17,593 bases of DNA from Candidatus Zixiibacteriota bacterium (GTDB taxonomy: Bacteria; Zixibacteria; MSB-5A5; WJJR01). This document shows positions 1-8,345 of the stretch, one piece after another. The notes under the pieces were generated by a model. It searched no databases, was not told the DNA's origin, and saw only the letters and a list, made by a program, of their open reading frames with translations. Positions within the stretch are counted from its first letter, which is position 1, and each line of letters begins with the position of its first letter. The stretch is from NCBI GenBank assembly GCA_036170655.1, contig JAVHPP010000036.1:1-17593 (forward strand). Direction: 5' to 3'. Both the position numbers and the translations under genes were made by a program.

Positions 1-118
1 TTTTTTTAGAAGAGATACGTTTTCTGCTGCACTGGCGCCGACTGTCGGCGGATTCCCCCAACGTGCGGGGGCAATCCCACAGAAAATCCGCTCTCACAGG
101 CATCTGTTCAGACTCTTG

Positions 119-134
119 GTTGCTGCGCAGCAAC
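119..134. repeat. Perfect 16-bp palindrome
   Basis: GTTGCTGCGCAGCAAC is its own reverse complement. Confidence 0.9.
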
Positions 135-325
135 AGAACAGCGCCGTAACTCATTCTCCGGATTGTGCTTCGTGTATGTGCCAAAGACTCTCTGTGAACT
201 GGCCGCACAATTGCAGTAGAGACCTTGCGTGATCAGTGACGTTCGCCGTGAACTTATCGGACAAATGATGACAAGCCCAGCAAGTTGCCCATAAAACCCC
301 GAGACCCAAGTCTCGATCCTCCCCC

Positions 326-356
326 AACCCCGGGTCGCCGCCCTCGACCCGGGGTT
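326..356. repeat. Perfect 12-bp inverted repeat (stem-loop)
   Basis: AACCCCGGGTCG (326-337), a 7-nt loop, then CGACCCGGGGTT (345-356). Confidence 0.9.
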
Positions 357-467
357 CCTCCCTTTTGGGGGATCCCTGGAATGACCAGTTGCCGTGCGTG
401 CTCCCGACCAACAGATTCAGACTCTGAGGCTCGTGCCAACCTGTGACAAGTCTCTTAATGCCAGAGC

Positions 468-1397
468 ATGATCGCCCAGAAACCAGATCCGGCTCAAGAC
501 CCCGGTGAGGACTTTCCCGGACAACAGGGCAGGAGGGAATGCACTCACGGACGTATCCCTTGGGATGGCGGACGCGCGATCCTCTATTTCATCCTGTCCG
601 GGTTGACGTCGATTCTGGTGGGAATCGTCCTCTTTGCGCCCCTGGGATTCAATGGATCGGTGATTGCCACAGAGGTTCTTGTCTTTGGCGTTCTGCCGCT
701 TCTTCTCAGCCGGGTCTTTGCCACCGGATGGCGTCAGTGGCTCACATGGCCGCAGGTGACCGGCAGATTCTGGATCTCGTCTGTCGTTGCTATTGTGGCA
801 TTTGTTGTGGTGCAGAGCAACCTGCTGGTCCTCTTCGATCGGATCTACCCGATTCCCAGCGCCCAACTCGAACTCTTTCGTCGTTACCTGACACCGGAGT
901 CTCCCATCGGTCTGGCGGGCATGATCAGCGTGGCCGCCATCGTCCCCGCCGTGTTCGAGGAAATCGCATTTCGCGGGCTGATTCAGTCGGGATTGAAGGC
1001 CACCTACGGTGCGCGTCATGCCGTCATCTGGACAGGCCTCCTCTTCGCCGTGTTGCACATGAATCCATGGAACCTGTTCGGATTGTGGTCACTGGGATGC
1101 CTGCTGGGCTATCTGACAGAACGAACCGGATCAATTCTGCCGGCTGTCTTCTTGCACCTGATCAACAATGTCCTGGCCCTTGTCCTCATCTACGCGCAGG
1201 GAGCACAGCAATGGGAGAAACGCCCCGAGTTCATCCCTTGGTACTGGACACTGCTTGCGGGATTGGTCATGATTGTCGCCATCCGTCAGCTCCACATCCT
1301 CACGCAGCGTCCGGTATCATTTCAGGCGGTGGAGTCGCGTGTTGAGGTTTCCAGTCAGGATATAGCCCCGCCCTCACCCCCTGTGTTCCCCTCGTGA
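468..1397 (+). CDS. CPBP family (CAAX/Abi-type) intramembrane glutamic endopeptidase
   Basis: 309 aa with multiple hydrophobic helices. Family motifs EEIAFRG (EExxxR), FAVLH (FxxxH) and HLINN (HxxxN) occur in the canonical order. Confidence 0.9.
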   Translation: MIAQKPDPAQDPGEDFPGQQGRRECTHGRIPWDGGRAILYFILSGLTSILVGIVLFAPLGFNGSVIATEVLVFGVLPLLLSRVFATGWRQWLTWPQVTGRFWISSVVAIVAFVVVQSNLLVLFDRIYPIPSAQLELFRRYLTPESPIGLAGMISVAAIVPAVFEEIAFRGLIQSGLKATYGARHAVIWTGLLFAVLHMNPWNLFGLWSLGCLLGYLTERTGSILPAVFLHLINNVLALVLIYAQGAQQWEKRPEFIPWYWTLLAGLVMIVAIRQLHILTQRPVSFQAVESRVEVSSQDIAPPSPPVFPS

Positions 1398-1505
1398 CAT
1401 GAGCGCACCCGGCCCGTTTTTTCAACACAAAGGGACTCTTTCCTCGTATGTTTAGCTTTGGTCGGTTCAGTACGATCAAGCGTTGTTGATACTGCTGGAG
1501 CACCC

Positions 1506-3329
1506 GTGGAAGCGCAAACATCGACAAATCACACTCCTGGCGTATCCTCTAAGCCGAATGTTCTCACCGAGTTGGATGACCCGGTCCGGCTCGATGGAAG
1601 AAGTGACGCCGAATTACTGATGGTTGCGGCAAGAGCCATGCATTCGACGCTCAGGTTGAACGACTTGTACGAGTTGATTCTTGGCGCCACGACTCGGTTG
1701 ACTGGATCTTCTGGATCCATTCTCATCATTCAGCGGCCACGCACTCACCACCCGATCATCTTCAAACTCCTGCATCGCGCGGGGCAGGTCATGGTCGACC
1801 TTCCTGCGTCCGTTGGCCACGCGCTCTTGGAGTGGCTCAAGACCCATGGTGACGCCGATGTCAACTTCGAGGACACGCCTGACTTTGTCTTAGCGGCGGC
1901 AAAAAACGCCATTGACGCCCCGTTCTCATCAATCCGGTGGTCACGCATGACCAACCGTGGGCATCTCCTTGGCGCGCTGGGAATTCTGGGAGGAGAGCAA
2001 GGGTACGGTCTGCGGGCGGATGCTTTGCTGCAGCCTTTGGCGGAACAGGCGGCCGTCGCCTTGGAGAATGCCATCCTCTATCGCCGGGCGGAGAGACAGT
2101 CACTGGAAACAGAGATTCTTCTCGAATCCAGCCGTCTGTTGATGTCCTCGTTAGACTTGGATGAAGTGCTGGACGCGATTATGGACTCACTGCAGAGAGC
2201 GGTCCCCTACAATGCGGCCGGCATCTTTCTCGTCAACGGCCATGGTGAAGTCGAGAGGATTGTGGACAGAGGATACGACCCTGACAGTCGGCAGGCGATT
2301 GAGGGCAAAGCGGGTCGCGGTCTCGTGGGCTGGGTTGCTTCGAGCGGAAAACCACTGGTGATCGACGATGTTTCGAAGGATCCTCGCTATCAGAAGGCAC
2401 GCCTCACAACGTGTTCTGAAATGGTCGTGCCGATTTTCGCCGGCGAGCATCTCGTTGGGGTATTCAATCTGGAACGGGATATTCCTGCCGGCTTCTTTGA
2501 GGCCGATCTCGATCTTGTTCATGCGTTTGCCCAGCACGCCGGCGTGGCCATCGAACGCGCGCGGATGCACGAAGCGTCTATGGAACAGCGTCGCATCAAG
2601 GCCGAATTGCAGGCCGCGCGCAACATCCAGACGAGCTTCCTCCCGGAAGAAAACCCGGCCATCGCCGGCTTTGACATCGCCGGGGTCAACATTCCCTCAG
2701 AGGAAGTCGGCGGCGACTACTACGATTTCATCCACATTGTCGAGGGCCAGTTCGGCGTGGCCATCGCCGATGTCTCTGGCAAGGGGATCCCTGCGGCCCT
2801 GATCATGGCGTCGTTCCGGGCGTCTTTGATCGCCGAAATCCGCAACAACTACGCGATCCGCAAGATCATGCAGAAGGTTAACCGCCTTCTGTGCGAGCGA
2901 AACGACAAGTCGCGCTTCGTGACCGGTATCTATGGAGTGCTGGACACCAGGAACGCCATCTTCACATTCAGCAACGCGGGTCATAACCCCGGCATTCTGC
3001 GACGCGCCGACGGCTCCGTTACTCTGCTGAAGGAAGGCGGCATGGCGCTGGGGATCTTCAAGGATGCCAAGTATGAAGAACGCGCGGTCGGGCTCGCACC
3101 GGGCGACATGGTGGTTCTTTACACGGATGGAGTGACGGAGGCTATAGGACGTGATGACAGCATGTTCGAGCTTGATCGCCTGATCGACATTCTGCACGCC
3201 AACTGTCAGCGTCCGGCGGGTGAGGTGATTCGTGCCGTTCAGACAGCGATCCAGGCGTTTGCCGATCCTTCTGCCGCGGTTGATGACATCACCATGGTCG
3301 TCATCCGCGTGCTTCAGCCCTCTGTATAA
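1506..3329 (+). CDS. GAF-GAF-PP2C (SpoIIE/RsbU-family) serine phosphatase
   Basis: Two GAF-like segments end in LAEQAAVALENA and FAQHAGVAIERA. PP2C motifs GGDYYD, ADVSGKG, NAGH, YTDG and DDIT are present. Start placed at the in-frame GTG 1506 after GGAG (1497-1500); the ORF track starts at TTG 1458. Confidence 0.9.
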   Translation: MEAQTSTNHTPGVSSKPNVLTELDDPVRLDGRSDAELLMVAARAMHSTLRLNDLYELILGATTRLTGSSGSILIIQRPRTHHPIIFKLLHRAGQVMVDLPASVGHALLEWLKTHGDADVNFEDTPDFVLAAAKNAIDAPFSSIRWSRMTNRGHLLGALGILGGEQGYGLRADALLQPLAEQAAVALENAILYRRAERQSLETEILLESSRLLMSSLDLDEVLDAIMDSLQRAVPYNAAGIFLVNGHGEVERIVDRGYDPDSRQAIEGKAGRGLVGWVASSGKPLVIDDVSKDPRYQKARLTTCSEMVVPIFAGEHLVGVFNLERDIPAGFFEADLDLVHAFAQHAGVAIERARMHEASMEQRRIKAELQAARNIQTSFLPEENPAIAGFDIAGVNIPSEEVGGDYYDFIHIVEGQFGVAIADVSGKGIPAALIMASFRASLIAEIRNNYAIRKIMQKVNRLLCERNDKSRFVTGIYGVLDTRNAIFTFSNAGHNPGILRRADGSVTLLKEGGMALGIFKDAKYEERAVGLAPGDMVVLYTDGVTEAIGRDDSMFELDRLIDILHANCQRPAGEVIRAVQTAIQAFADPSAAVDDITMVVIRVLQPSV

Positions 3330-3330
3330 T
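3325..3330 (+). promoter_or_regulatory. Possible -10 element (TATAAT) just upstream of tilS
   Basis: Perfect TATAAT overlapping the upstream stop codon, 6 nt before ATG 3337. No convincing -35 and no Shine-Dalgarno. Confidence 0.35.
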
Positions 3331-3336
3331 TAGAGC

Positions 3337-4806
3337 ATGTCTGAGAGAATCCCACCAGTGTCCCTTGTGGCTATTCCGGACGATTCCCGCCCGATTCCAC
3401 CATTGTCGGTGGCGAGGGACAAGTGTTCCCCGCAACTGGACACGTTGATGGCGTGTGTTAGAAGTTACTTCGGCCGCTATGGCCGCCCCGTAGATGGCGC
3501 GGGCGTGCTCGTGGCACTCTCCGGTGGACCGGATTCTGTCGCCCTGCTGTCGATCCTTCTTCGTTTGGCCAAGGAGTTCCGGTGGGTGATCGGCGCCGCG
3601 CACGTCAACTACGGGCTGCGAGGGGAAGAGTCAGACGAGGACGAGGCCTTCTGCCGTGAACTCTCACTCCGGTGGGGCGTAGCCTTCCATTGCCACCACG
3701 TGGAAGACGGGCAACGTTCAGCAGACGTCAACCTCCAGTTATGGGCACGTGCCATCCGTTATGCGTTTTTTGAGGAGGTTGCGTCCGCGCACGGCTACGA
3801 CAAGATTGCCACAGGGCATCATCTTGGCGATCGCGCAGAGACCGTGGCGGCAGCGGTTCTCGACGCGTCCGGCTCCTTCGCACTCAGCGGCATCCCGCCG
3901 TTCCGGGGACGTATCATCCGCCCACTTTTTGAATGCCGGCCCCAGATGATCCGCGACTACCTTTACGCGCACCAGATTCCTTTCCAAGTTGACCGGTCCA
4001 ACGGCACCATGCGGTATCGTCGCAATCGCATCCGTCTCCAGACCCTGCCCGAATGGTCAGAAGATAACCCGCGCATTGTCGAGGGTCTGGCGCGCTTGGG
4101 AGAACAACTCTGGCGCCAGCAGGTCTATCTCGAAAAGGAGGCGGATTGCCATCTGCAGGAAAGCGTGATCGGCAGGGAAACAGGCCGGATTCTCCTTGAT
4201 GCGGAGCGGTTATCGCGCTATGATTCCTGTTTGGACCCTTTCGTCCTGCGCCTGCTGATTCGCCAGATTGATCTGCAACTGGTGCCGACTCAGGCCACGG
4301 TCGACCGATTCTCCCGCCTGTGTCGTCGGAATGGTTCAGGGCGGGTCGAACAGGGAGACTTGATCCTCGAAAGGTCCAAAGGGCAGATGATGGCGATGCG
4401 ACGTATAGCTGATTCCGTTGTCCCCCTGCCACAGGTTCCGGTGATGGCGGGGGCGGTGACCATGTTCCCGAACTGGCGTTTCACATCTCAGGTGGTCGCC
4501 GGCCACGAGCCCGGCACGCACCATGATGACCGCGAAGTATCTTTGGATGCCGATTGTCTGCACGAGCCGCTCGTTATCAGACAGGGGGAAGCCGGTGATC
4601 GGTATCGGCCATTCGGACTGCATGGTACCAAGAAGTTATATGATCTACTCGCCGACCGGTCGGTCCCAGCGTTCGAACGGGGCCGAATCCCGGTTCTGTC
4701 AGACCAAGCGGGCGTTCTTTGGCCGGTCGGACATCCGATTGCCGAACGCGCCAGAGTCACAGACGCGACAAGACGCATTTTTCAGGTGAGGGCCACACGA
4801 GTATGA
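3337..4806 (+). CDS. tilS: tRNA(Ile)-lysidine synthetase
   Basis: PP-loop VALSGGPDS, HVNYGLR, GHHxxDxAET, IRPL, RNRIR, and a C-terminal TilS_C-like region (GDRYRPFG, KKLYDLL, RIPVL). Sits in tilS-hpt-ftsH synteny. The start may lie further downstream. Confidence 0.95.
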   Translation: MSERIPPVSLVAIPDDSRPIPPLSVARDKCSPQLDTLMACVRSYFGRYGRPVDGAGVLVALSGGPDSVALLSILLRLAKEFRWVIGAAHVNYGLRGEESDEDEAFCRELSLRWGVAFHCHHVEDGQRSADVNLQLWARAIRYAFFEEVASAHGYDKIATGHHLGDRAETVAAAVLDASGSFALSGIPPFRGRIIRPLFECRPQMIRDYLYAHQIPFQVDRSNGTMRYRRNRIRLQTLPEWSEDNPRIVEGLARLGEQLWRQQVYLEKEADCHLQESVIGRETGRILLDAERLSRYDSCLDPFVLRLLIRQIDLQLVPTQATVDRFSRLCRRNGSGRVEQGDLILERSKGQMMAMRRIADSVVPLPQVPVMAGAVTMFPNWRFTSQVVAGHEPGTHHDDREVSLDADCLHEPLVIRQGEAGDRYRPFGLHGTKKLYDLLADRSVPAFERGRIPVLSDQAGVLWPVGHPIAERARVTDATRRIFQVRATRV

Positions 4807-5399
4807 CCAATGCGCGACAGACAGAGACAGGCAGCGCGACGCCCTCTCATTCCGCGCCGACACGCGTGCTGATCACCGCTGATCAATTGCGGACCCGCGT
4901 CGCGGAGATCGCAGCGCAAATTGATGCGGATTTTGCCAATGAAACTCCCGTTCTGATTGGACTGCTGAAAGGAAGTTTTATTTTCTTGGCCGATCTATGC
5001 AGGGCCATGACCATACCCCATCTGGTCGATTTTATGGCCATCGCGGCCTACGGTGGAGGAACCTCGCCATCAGGGGGGGTGCGGCTGCTCAAGGACTTGA
5101 GCGTCAATATCACCGGACGGTCGGCCATTGTGGTGGAGGATATCATTGATTCGGGATTGACCATGGCCTATATCCACCGACTACTTATGGCTCGTCAGCC
5201 CAAGCGCTTAGCCATTGTTACCCTGCTCAGCAAAAAGAGCCGGCGCGCGACCGATTTGCCGATAGAATATGTGGGATTTGAGGTCGGTGGCGGATTTGTC
5301 GTCGGCTATGGGCTTGATTTGGCCGAGCGCTACCGTCACCTGCCACACATCGCTGAACTTGATTTGTCTGCCGCAGAGGAGATCCCCACTCGTGACTAA
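4803..5399 (+). CDS. hpt: Hypoxanthine phosphoribosyltransferase
   Basis: [16 protein letters not shown]-binding [12 protein letters not shown] and [13 protein letters not shown] motifs. ATG 4803 overlaps the tilS stop (ATGA). Confidence 0.96.
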   Translation: MTNARQTETGSATPSHSAPTRVLITADQLRTRVAEIAAQIDADFANETPVLIGLLKGSFIFLADLCRAMTIPHLVDFMAIAAYGGGTSPSGGVRLLKDLSVNITGRSAIVVEDIIDSGLTMAYIHRLLMARQPKRLAIVTLLSKKSRRATDLPIEYVGFEVGGGFVVGYGLDLAERYRHLPHIAELDLSAAEEIPTRD

Positions 5400-7392
5400 T
5401 TCGCCCGTCGACCCAGCCAACGCTCCACGTCCGCCCCGCCCCGCCCGCCGCCCCGGCGATCCCGATGGCAAGCCGCCCTTCCCGTGGCGGCGCTCTTCGC
5501 GTACCCTGTTTCTCTGGGTGGCGCTGATCACGATGTCCGCGCTGCTCATCAACTACTACAATTTTGGGCGCGCGCCCCAAGCCGAGCTCACTTACACCGA
5601 ATTTATGGAGCAGCTCGACGCGGACAACGTCGATGCCATCACGCTGATTGACCGGAAGGTGGAAGGTTCCTTCAAGGTCGACATTCTCAAGACCGTCGGA
5701 CGCAAGAGCCGCAAGGTCCATGACTTCCGTATGCTCCTGCCGCTAACCGACCCTGCGCCGTTCCTGGCCCGTGTCGAGCAGAAAAGCGTCAAGATTTCGG
5801 CGCAAGAGGAGAGCTTTAACTGGACCAGTCTGCTTCTCGGATTTGCCCCCTGGGTGTTGATTCTGGTCTTCTTCTGGGTCTTCATGTTCCGTCAGATGCA
5901 GTCGGGGCCCAAGGGGATCTTCTCATTCGGGAAGAGTCGCGCCAAGCTGCTGGCCGAGGACAAGCCCAAAGTGACCTTCAGCGATGTGGCCGGTGCCGAA
6001 GAGGCCAAGGAGGAACTTGAGGAAATCATTGAGTTTCTGAAAGACCCGGGCCGTTTCCAGAAACTGGGAGGAAAAATCCCCAAAGGCGTGCTGCTTCTGG
6101 GGCCGCCGGGAACCGGCAAGACACTAATGGCCAGAGCGGTCGCCGGTGAGGCTGGTGTCCCCTTCTTCTCCATGAGCGGTTCCGACTTCGTCGAAATGTT
6201 CGTTGGCGTCGGCGCATCCCGTGTGCGCGACCTCTTCGAGCAGGGCAAAAAATCAGCGCCGTGCATCATCTTTATCGATGAGATTGATGCGGTCGGCCGT
6301 CATCGTGGCGCCGGCTTGGGTGGGGGGCACGACGAACGCGAACAGACGCTGAACCAGTTGCTCGTCGAGATGGATGGTTTTGAATCCAATGAGGGGGTCA
6401 TTCTGCTCGCGGCGACCAACCGGCCCGACGTGCTCGATCCGGCCCTGCTTCGTCCCGGACGGTTCGACCGTCAGGTTGTCGTCGACTCTCCCGATGTGCG
6501 CGGACGCGAGGGAATCTTCAGAGTCCATACACGCAAGATCCCTGTGGCCAGCGATGTGGACCTGCAAGTGCTCGCCCGTGGAACTCCCGGGTTGTCGGGT
6601 GCTGACATCGCCAATCTGGTCAATGAGGCCGCTTTACTGGCGGCCCGTCGCAACCGTGACAAGGTGATCATGTCCGATTTTGAAGACGCCAAGGATAAGG
6701 TCATGATGGGTACGGAGCGCCGGTCCTTGGTCATCACCGAAGAAGAGAAGAAGACAACCGCATACCACGAGGCCGGGCACGCGTTGGTCGGCAAACTAAC
6801 CCCGGGAACCGACCCGGTTCACAAGGTCACGATCATTCCCCGTGGAATGGCGCTCGGGCTCACGCATTTTCTGCCCATCAACGAGAATCACACGCATTCG
6901 AAGGAGTATCTCGAAGCCCGGCTGAGTTACACGATGGGTGGACGTGTCGCCGAAAAGCTCATTTTCGATTGTTACACGACCGGAGCCGGCAATGACATCG
7001 AGCAGGCCACGGCGCTGGCGCGAAAGATGGTTTGCGAGTGGGGTATGTCCGAAAAGCTTGGACCCCTCACATTCGGCAAGAAACAAGAAGAGATCTTCCT
7101 GGGCCGTGAGATCACCCAGCATCGTGATTACTCTGAGCAAACGGCGATTGTGATTGACGACGAGGTCAAGCGCATCATCACGGAAGCCGAAGCCAAAGCC
7201 ACCGGTCTCCTGTCCGAGAACATGGACAACCTGCACGCCATTGCGAAGGCACTGCTCGAGCGGGAATGCTTGGACGGTGAGGAAATCGACGCGATTCTGC
7301 GTGGAGAACCGCTGAGGAAGAAGCCGGCGCCCGTGATCTCTCCACAGGACCCTGAACCCAAGACATCGGCGCAGACCGCGAAGACGGTTTGA
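5392..7392 (+). CDS. ftsH: ATP-dependent zinc metalloprotease FtsH
   Basis: Two N-terminal TM helices, Walker A GPPGTGKT, pore FVG, Walker [12 protein letters not shown] region [10 protein letters not shown] and HEAGH zinc motif. Start placed at GTG 5392 after GAGGAG, overlapping the end of hpt. Confidence 0.98.
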   Translation: MTNSPVDPANAPRPPRPARRPGDPDGKPPFPWRRSSRTLFLWVALITMSALLINYYNFGRAPQAELTYTEFMEQLDADNVDAITLIDRKVEGSFKVDILKTVGRKSRKVHDFRMLLPLTDPAPFLARVEQKSVKISAQEESFNWTSLLLGFAPWVLILVFFWVFMFRQMQSGPKGIFSFGKSRAKLLAEDKPKVTFSDVAGAEEAKEELEEIIEFLKDPGRFQKLGGKIPKGVLLLGPPGTGKTLMARAVAGEAGVPFFSMSGSDFVEMFVGVGASRVRDLFEQGKKSAPCIIFIDEIDAVGRHRGAGLGGGHDEREQTLNQLLVEMDGFESNEGVILLAATNRPDVLDPALLRPGRFDRQVVVDSPDVRGREGIFRVHTRKIPVASDVDLQVLARGTPGLSGADIANLVNEAALLAARRNRDKVIMSDFEDAKDKVMMGTERRSLVITEEEKKTTAYHEAGHALVGKLTPGTDPVHKVTIIPRGMALGLTHFLPINENHTHSKEYLEARLSYTMGGRVAEKLIFDCYTTGAGNDIEQATALARKMVCEWGMSEKLGPLTFGKKQEEIFLGREITQHRDYSEQTAIVIDDEVKRIITEAEAKATGLLSENMDNLHAIAKALLERECLDGEEIDAILRGEPLRKKPAPVISPQDPEPKTSAQTAKTV

Positions 7393-7410
7393 ACGGCGCC
7401 GCCCACCGCG

Positions 7411-8256
7411 GTGATCGGCAGATCAATGCCCTTGCGGGACCAAATCCTGCCACTGTCCGGGAAGACGCGGATCATGGGAGTGCTCAACTGCACTCCTGAC
7501 TCCTTTTTTGACGGGGGGCGCTATCTCGACCAGCGAGCCGCTGTCGAGCAGGCGCGCCTTTTGATCCGCGAAGGAGCCGACATCCTCGATGTTGGCGGAG
7601 AGTCGTCAAGGCCCGGGGCCAGCCCCGTTGATCCGTCTGAACAGATCCGACGCACTGCACCCGTGATTGCCGCGATCCGCGCGTTCTGGCCGGGTCCCAT
7701 CTCGATTGACACGACATGCGCCGACGTTGCCCGTGCAGCCATCGCCGCTGGCGCGGGCTGGATCAACGACATCTCGGCGCTGCGTGACGATGCCGGTATG
7801 GTCTCGCTGGCCGCCGAGTCAGGCAGCATGTTGGTCCTGATGCACATGCAGGGCACACCCCGGACGATGCAGGCGGCCCCACATTATGAAGATGTCGTCG
7901 CCGAGGTTGGCCGCTTTCTTGCCGAGCGATCCTCTTTCGCGCAGAGCCGCGGGATCGCGTCCGATCGGCTGGTCATTGATCCCGGCATCGGTTTTGGCAA
8001 GCGCCCCGCCGACAACCTGACTCTTCTGCGCCATCTACCGGACCTCGTCTCAATGGGGTATCCTCTCTTGGTAGGGGCATCACACAAGTCATTCATCGGT
8101 CATGTGACGGGAGAAGGCCCCGAAGGGCGTCTCGAAGGGTCGCTGGTCGCCGCCATCTGGGCCGCGCGGCATGGAGCACAGATCGTCCGTGTCCATGACG
8201 TGGCCGCGACGCGCCGGGCTCTCATGGTGGCATCCGCCATATCCCAAGCCGAATAA
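7411..8256 (+). CDS. folP: Dihydropteroate synthase
   Basis: IMGVLNCTPDSF.DGG, DVGGESSRPG, ISIDT, INDIS, DPGIGFGK and VRVHDV motifs; ftsH-folP adjacency. Alternative start at ATG 7426. Confidence 0.97.
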   Translation: MIGRSMPLRDQILPLSGKTRIMGVLNCTPDSFFDGGRYLDQRAAVEQARLLIREGADILDVGGESSRPGASPVDPSEQIRRTAPVIAAIRAFWPGPISIDTTCADVARAAIAAGAGWINDISALRDDAGMVSLAAESGSMLVLMHMQGTPRTMQAAPHYEDVVAEVGRFLAERSSFAQSRGIASDRLVIDPGIGFGKRPADNLTLLRHLPDLVSMGYPLLVGASHKSFIGHVTGEGPEGRLEGSLVAAIWAARHGAQIVRVHDVAATRRALMVASAISQAE

Positions 8257-8290
8257 TTCGCCTGATTGTGTCGGCCCCGCCGCGTCACGA

Positions 8291-8319
8291 TTGACCCGGA
8301 CCGTTCTCCAGCGTAAGTT
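8291..8319 (+). promoter_or_regulatory. Putative sigma70-type promoter for cdaA and downstream genes
   Basis: TTGACC (8291-8296), a 17-nt spacer and TAAGTT (8314-8319) in the folP-cdaA intergenic gap. Confidence 0.55.
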
Positions 8320-8345
8320 GACGCTGTGGTCAGTCTTGAAGTCCG

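Noticed and set aside
2..154. Minus-strand frame open from ATG 154 to the window edge (MSYGAVLLLRSNQESEQ...)
   Set aside because: Only 51 codons are visible, with no recognisable motif, and the GGAG is too close to the ATG to be a Shine-Dalgarno. It cannot be supported without upstream sequence.
107..425. Repeated TTCAGACTCT (107-116, 416-425) and AGACTCT (185-191) as a CRISPR or iteron array
   Set aside because: The repeats are too short, too few and irregularly spaced, and there are no cas or rep genes.
151..439. Short minus-strand ORFs (86 aa and 61 aa)
   Set aside because: They cross the GC-rich hairpin region, have low-complexity Gly/Arg translations, and show no family signal.
417..1345. 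Alternative-frame ORFs over the CPBP gene (417-1058 minus, 539-1345 plus)
   Set aside because: They overlap a gene with clear family motifs, and their translations are not protein-like.
468..1397. CPBP/Abi protein as an anti-phage abortive-infection gene
   Set aside because: The Abi label for this family is historical. The context is housekeeping, with no defence genes nearby.
1401..1422. GC stretch followed by a T-run after the CPBP gene as an intrinsic terminator
   Set aside because: No stable stem precedes the T-run.
4719..5391. Upstream ORF-track starts for hpt (4719) and ftsH (5269)
   Set aside because: They create long overlaps with the preceding genes. The coupled starts at 4803 and 5392 fit the overlap and RBS evidence better.
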